A stretch of 62,860 nucleotides of DNA, filler included, from Octopus bimaculoides (Eukaryota), in the NCBI RefSeq assembly GCF_001194135.2. It is 8 parts of 8 records of this genome, joined end to end, with 100 filler letters (N's around TTAATTAATTAA, not from the genome) between each part and the next. Parts side by side here need not be neighbours in the genome. Positions count along the whole stretch, not along the records: positions 60,500 to 62,860 come from NW_026356091.1; 7 more parts are not named here. One strand, written 5' to 3'. Made by a program: the position numbers and the translations under genes. Under the pieces are notes generated by a model. That model saw only the letters and a program-made list of their open reading frames with translations. It did no database searches and had not been told where the DNA came from. Of this stretch, positions 61,651-62,860 are shown in pieces (position 1 is the first letter of the stretch; each line of letters begins with the position of its first letter).

Positions 61651-62860
61651 TGTACCCTGAGTATTAAACTGGTATGAGTCCTTAGGTAAATTTAGCAACG
61701 ACGAGAAAGTTTTAGTAAGTAGGAATGAAGATAGGATCCTGGTACCTTCAGTGAAATAAACCTGGTGAACATGAAGGAAAAGGAGTAGCCATAAACTTCA
61801 TACGCCTTACCTTCTGTAAGGTATGGACACACAAGTGATATAGTGGATTGACAAATAGACTCGCAAAGATGTTGGGTTTAATGCGTGATAGATGCACTGG
61901 AGCCGGAAATAGACTTCGCTGAATGCCTGGATAACGCCCTAGGAGAAATTGACATCAATTGTTGCTTGGATATATCATCCACAAAGTAGTTGCTTGCTCC
62001 GAAGGTATTGTACCCAGTGAAAGAACGAGCTGGAAACGTCTTTTCCCANNNNNNNNNNNNNNNNNNNNNNNNNNNNNNNNNNNNNNNNNNNNNNNNNNNN
62101 NNNNNNNNNNNNNNNNNNNNNNNNNNNNNNNNNNNNNNNNNNNNNNNNNNNNNNNNNNNNNNNNNNNNNNNNNNNNNNNNNNNNNNNNNNNNNNNNNNNN
62201 NNNNNNNNNNNNNNNNNNNNNNNNNNNNNNNNNNNNNNNNNNNNNNNNNNNNNNNNNNNNNNNNNNNNNNNNNNNNNNNNNNNNNNNNNNNNNNNNNNNN
62301 NNNNNNNNNNNNNNNNNNNNNNNNNNNNNNNNNNNNNNNNNNNNNNNNNNNNNNNNNNNNNNNNNNNNNNNNNNNNNNNNNNNAATAGACTGCAAGGAAG
62401 CAGTCATTACAACTGCTAAAATGTAATAAAGGAAAATGGTAACATATTTCAGTTGTCAAAACAGTTTGAATATTCAAACGTTCATTAAAACGTTGAATAG
62501 ATATGAAAGAAGAACCTGAAATAGTGTAACACGATAATGCTGGTTGCTTCGATTCAAATACGGAGAGAACGCTAAGCATAACGTCAAGAGACTTCGTGGG
62601 AGAAATTGGGCCCAGGACTTGAAGTTTATTTGTTTATTTATATCGGTTGCTATGCTTTCGTCCTCTATGGCCCAAACACGAGTTTATTGAGAGAGAAACG
62701 GATCATCAACACCCGTGTCAAGCAACAGTTGGAGAACAAGTACAAACAACCACACACACGTACGCATACGAACACATACTAGCACACCTACACGCATGCA
62801 AAATTTGCTATATATGCGCATACGGACATATATGCATACTTACAACCATCCATCCATCCA

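Overview
AT-rich, microsatellite-dense animal genomic DNA with about 8 kb of N gaps. The repeat content (tRNA-headed SINEs with internal microsatellites, R4/Dong, CR1, Penelope, L1/Tx1, a C2H2 zinc-finger relic) suggests an octopod cephalopod; that assignment is inference. Seven artificial 100-bp linkers (44N-TTAATTAATTAA-44N) join separate pieces, so adjacency across them is not guaranteed. I cannot identify an intact host protein-coding gene, and most long ORFs in the track are microsatellite or gap artefacts. The window is mainly decayed mobile elements: R4/Dong-type LINE fragments often bordered by (TAA)n, four CR1 fragments, three Penelope-like fragments, the 5' half of an L1/Tx1-like LINE with a 17-bp monomer array, a Tc1 element with DD36E spacing, a 204-bp mariner derivative, a Helentron-type non-autonomous element containing a 732-bp TIR element with a SAP/SWIM-like ORF, many SINEs and a C2H2 ZNF pseudogene. 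The most striking structure is a 425-bp fold-back element (86-bp inverted arms, 40254-40678) enclosing a near-canonical type I hammerhead ribozyme motif. Two copies of a variant-core hammerhead-like motif lie at 41475-41510 and 57064-57099.
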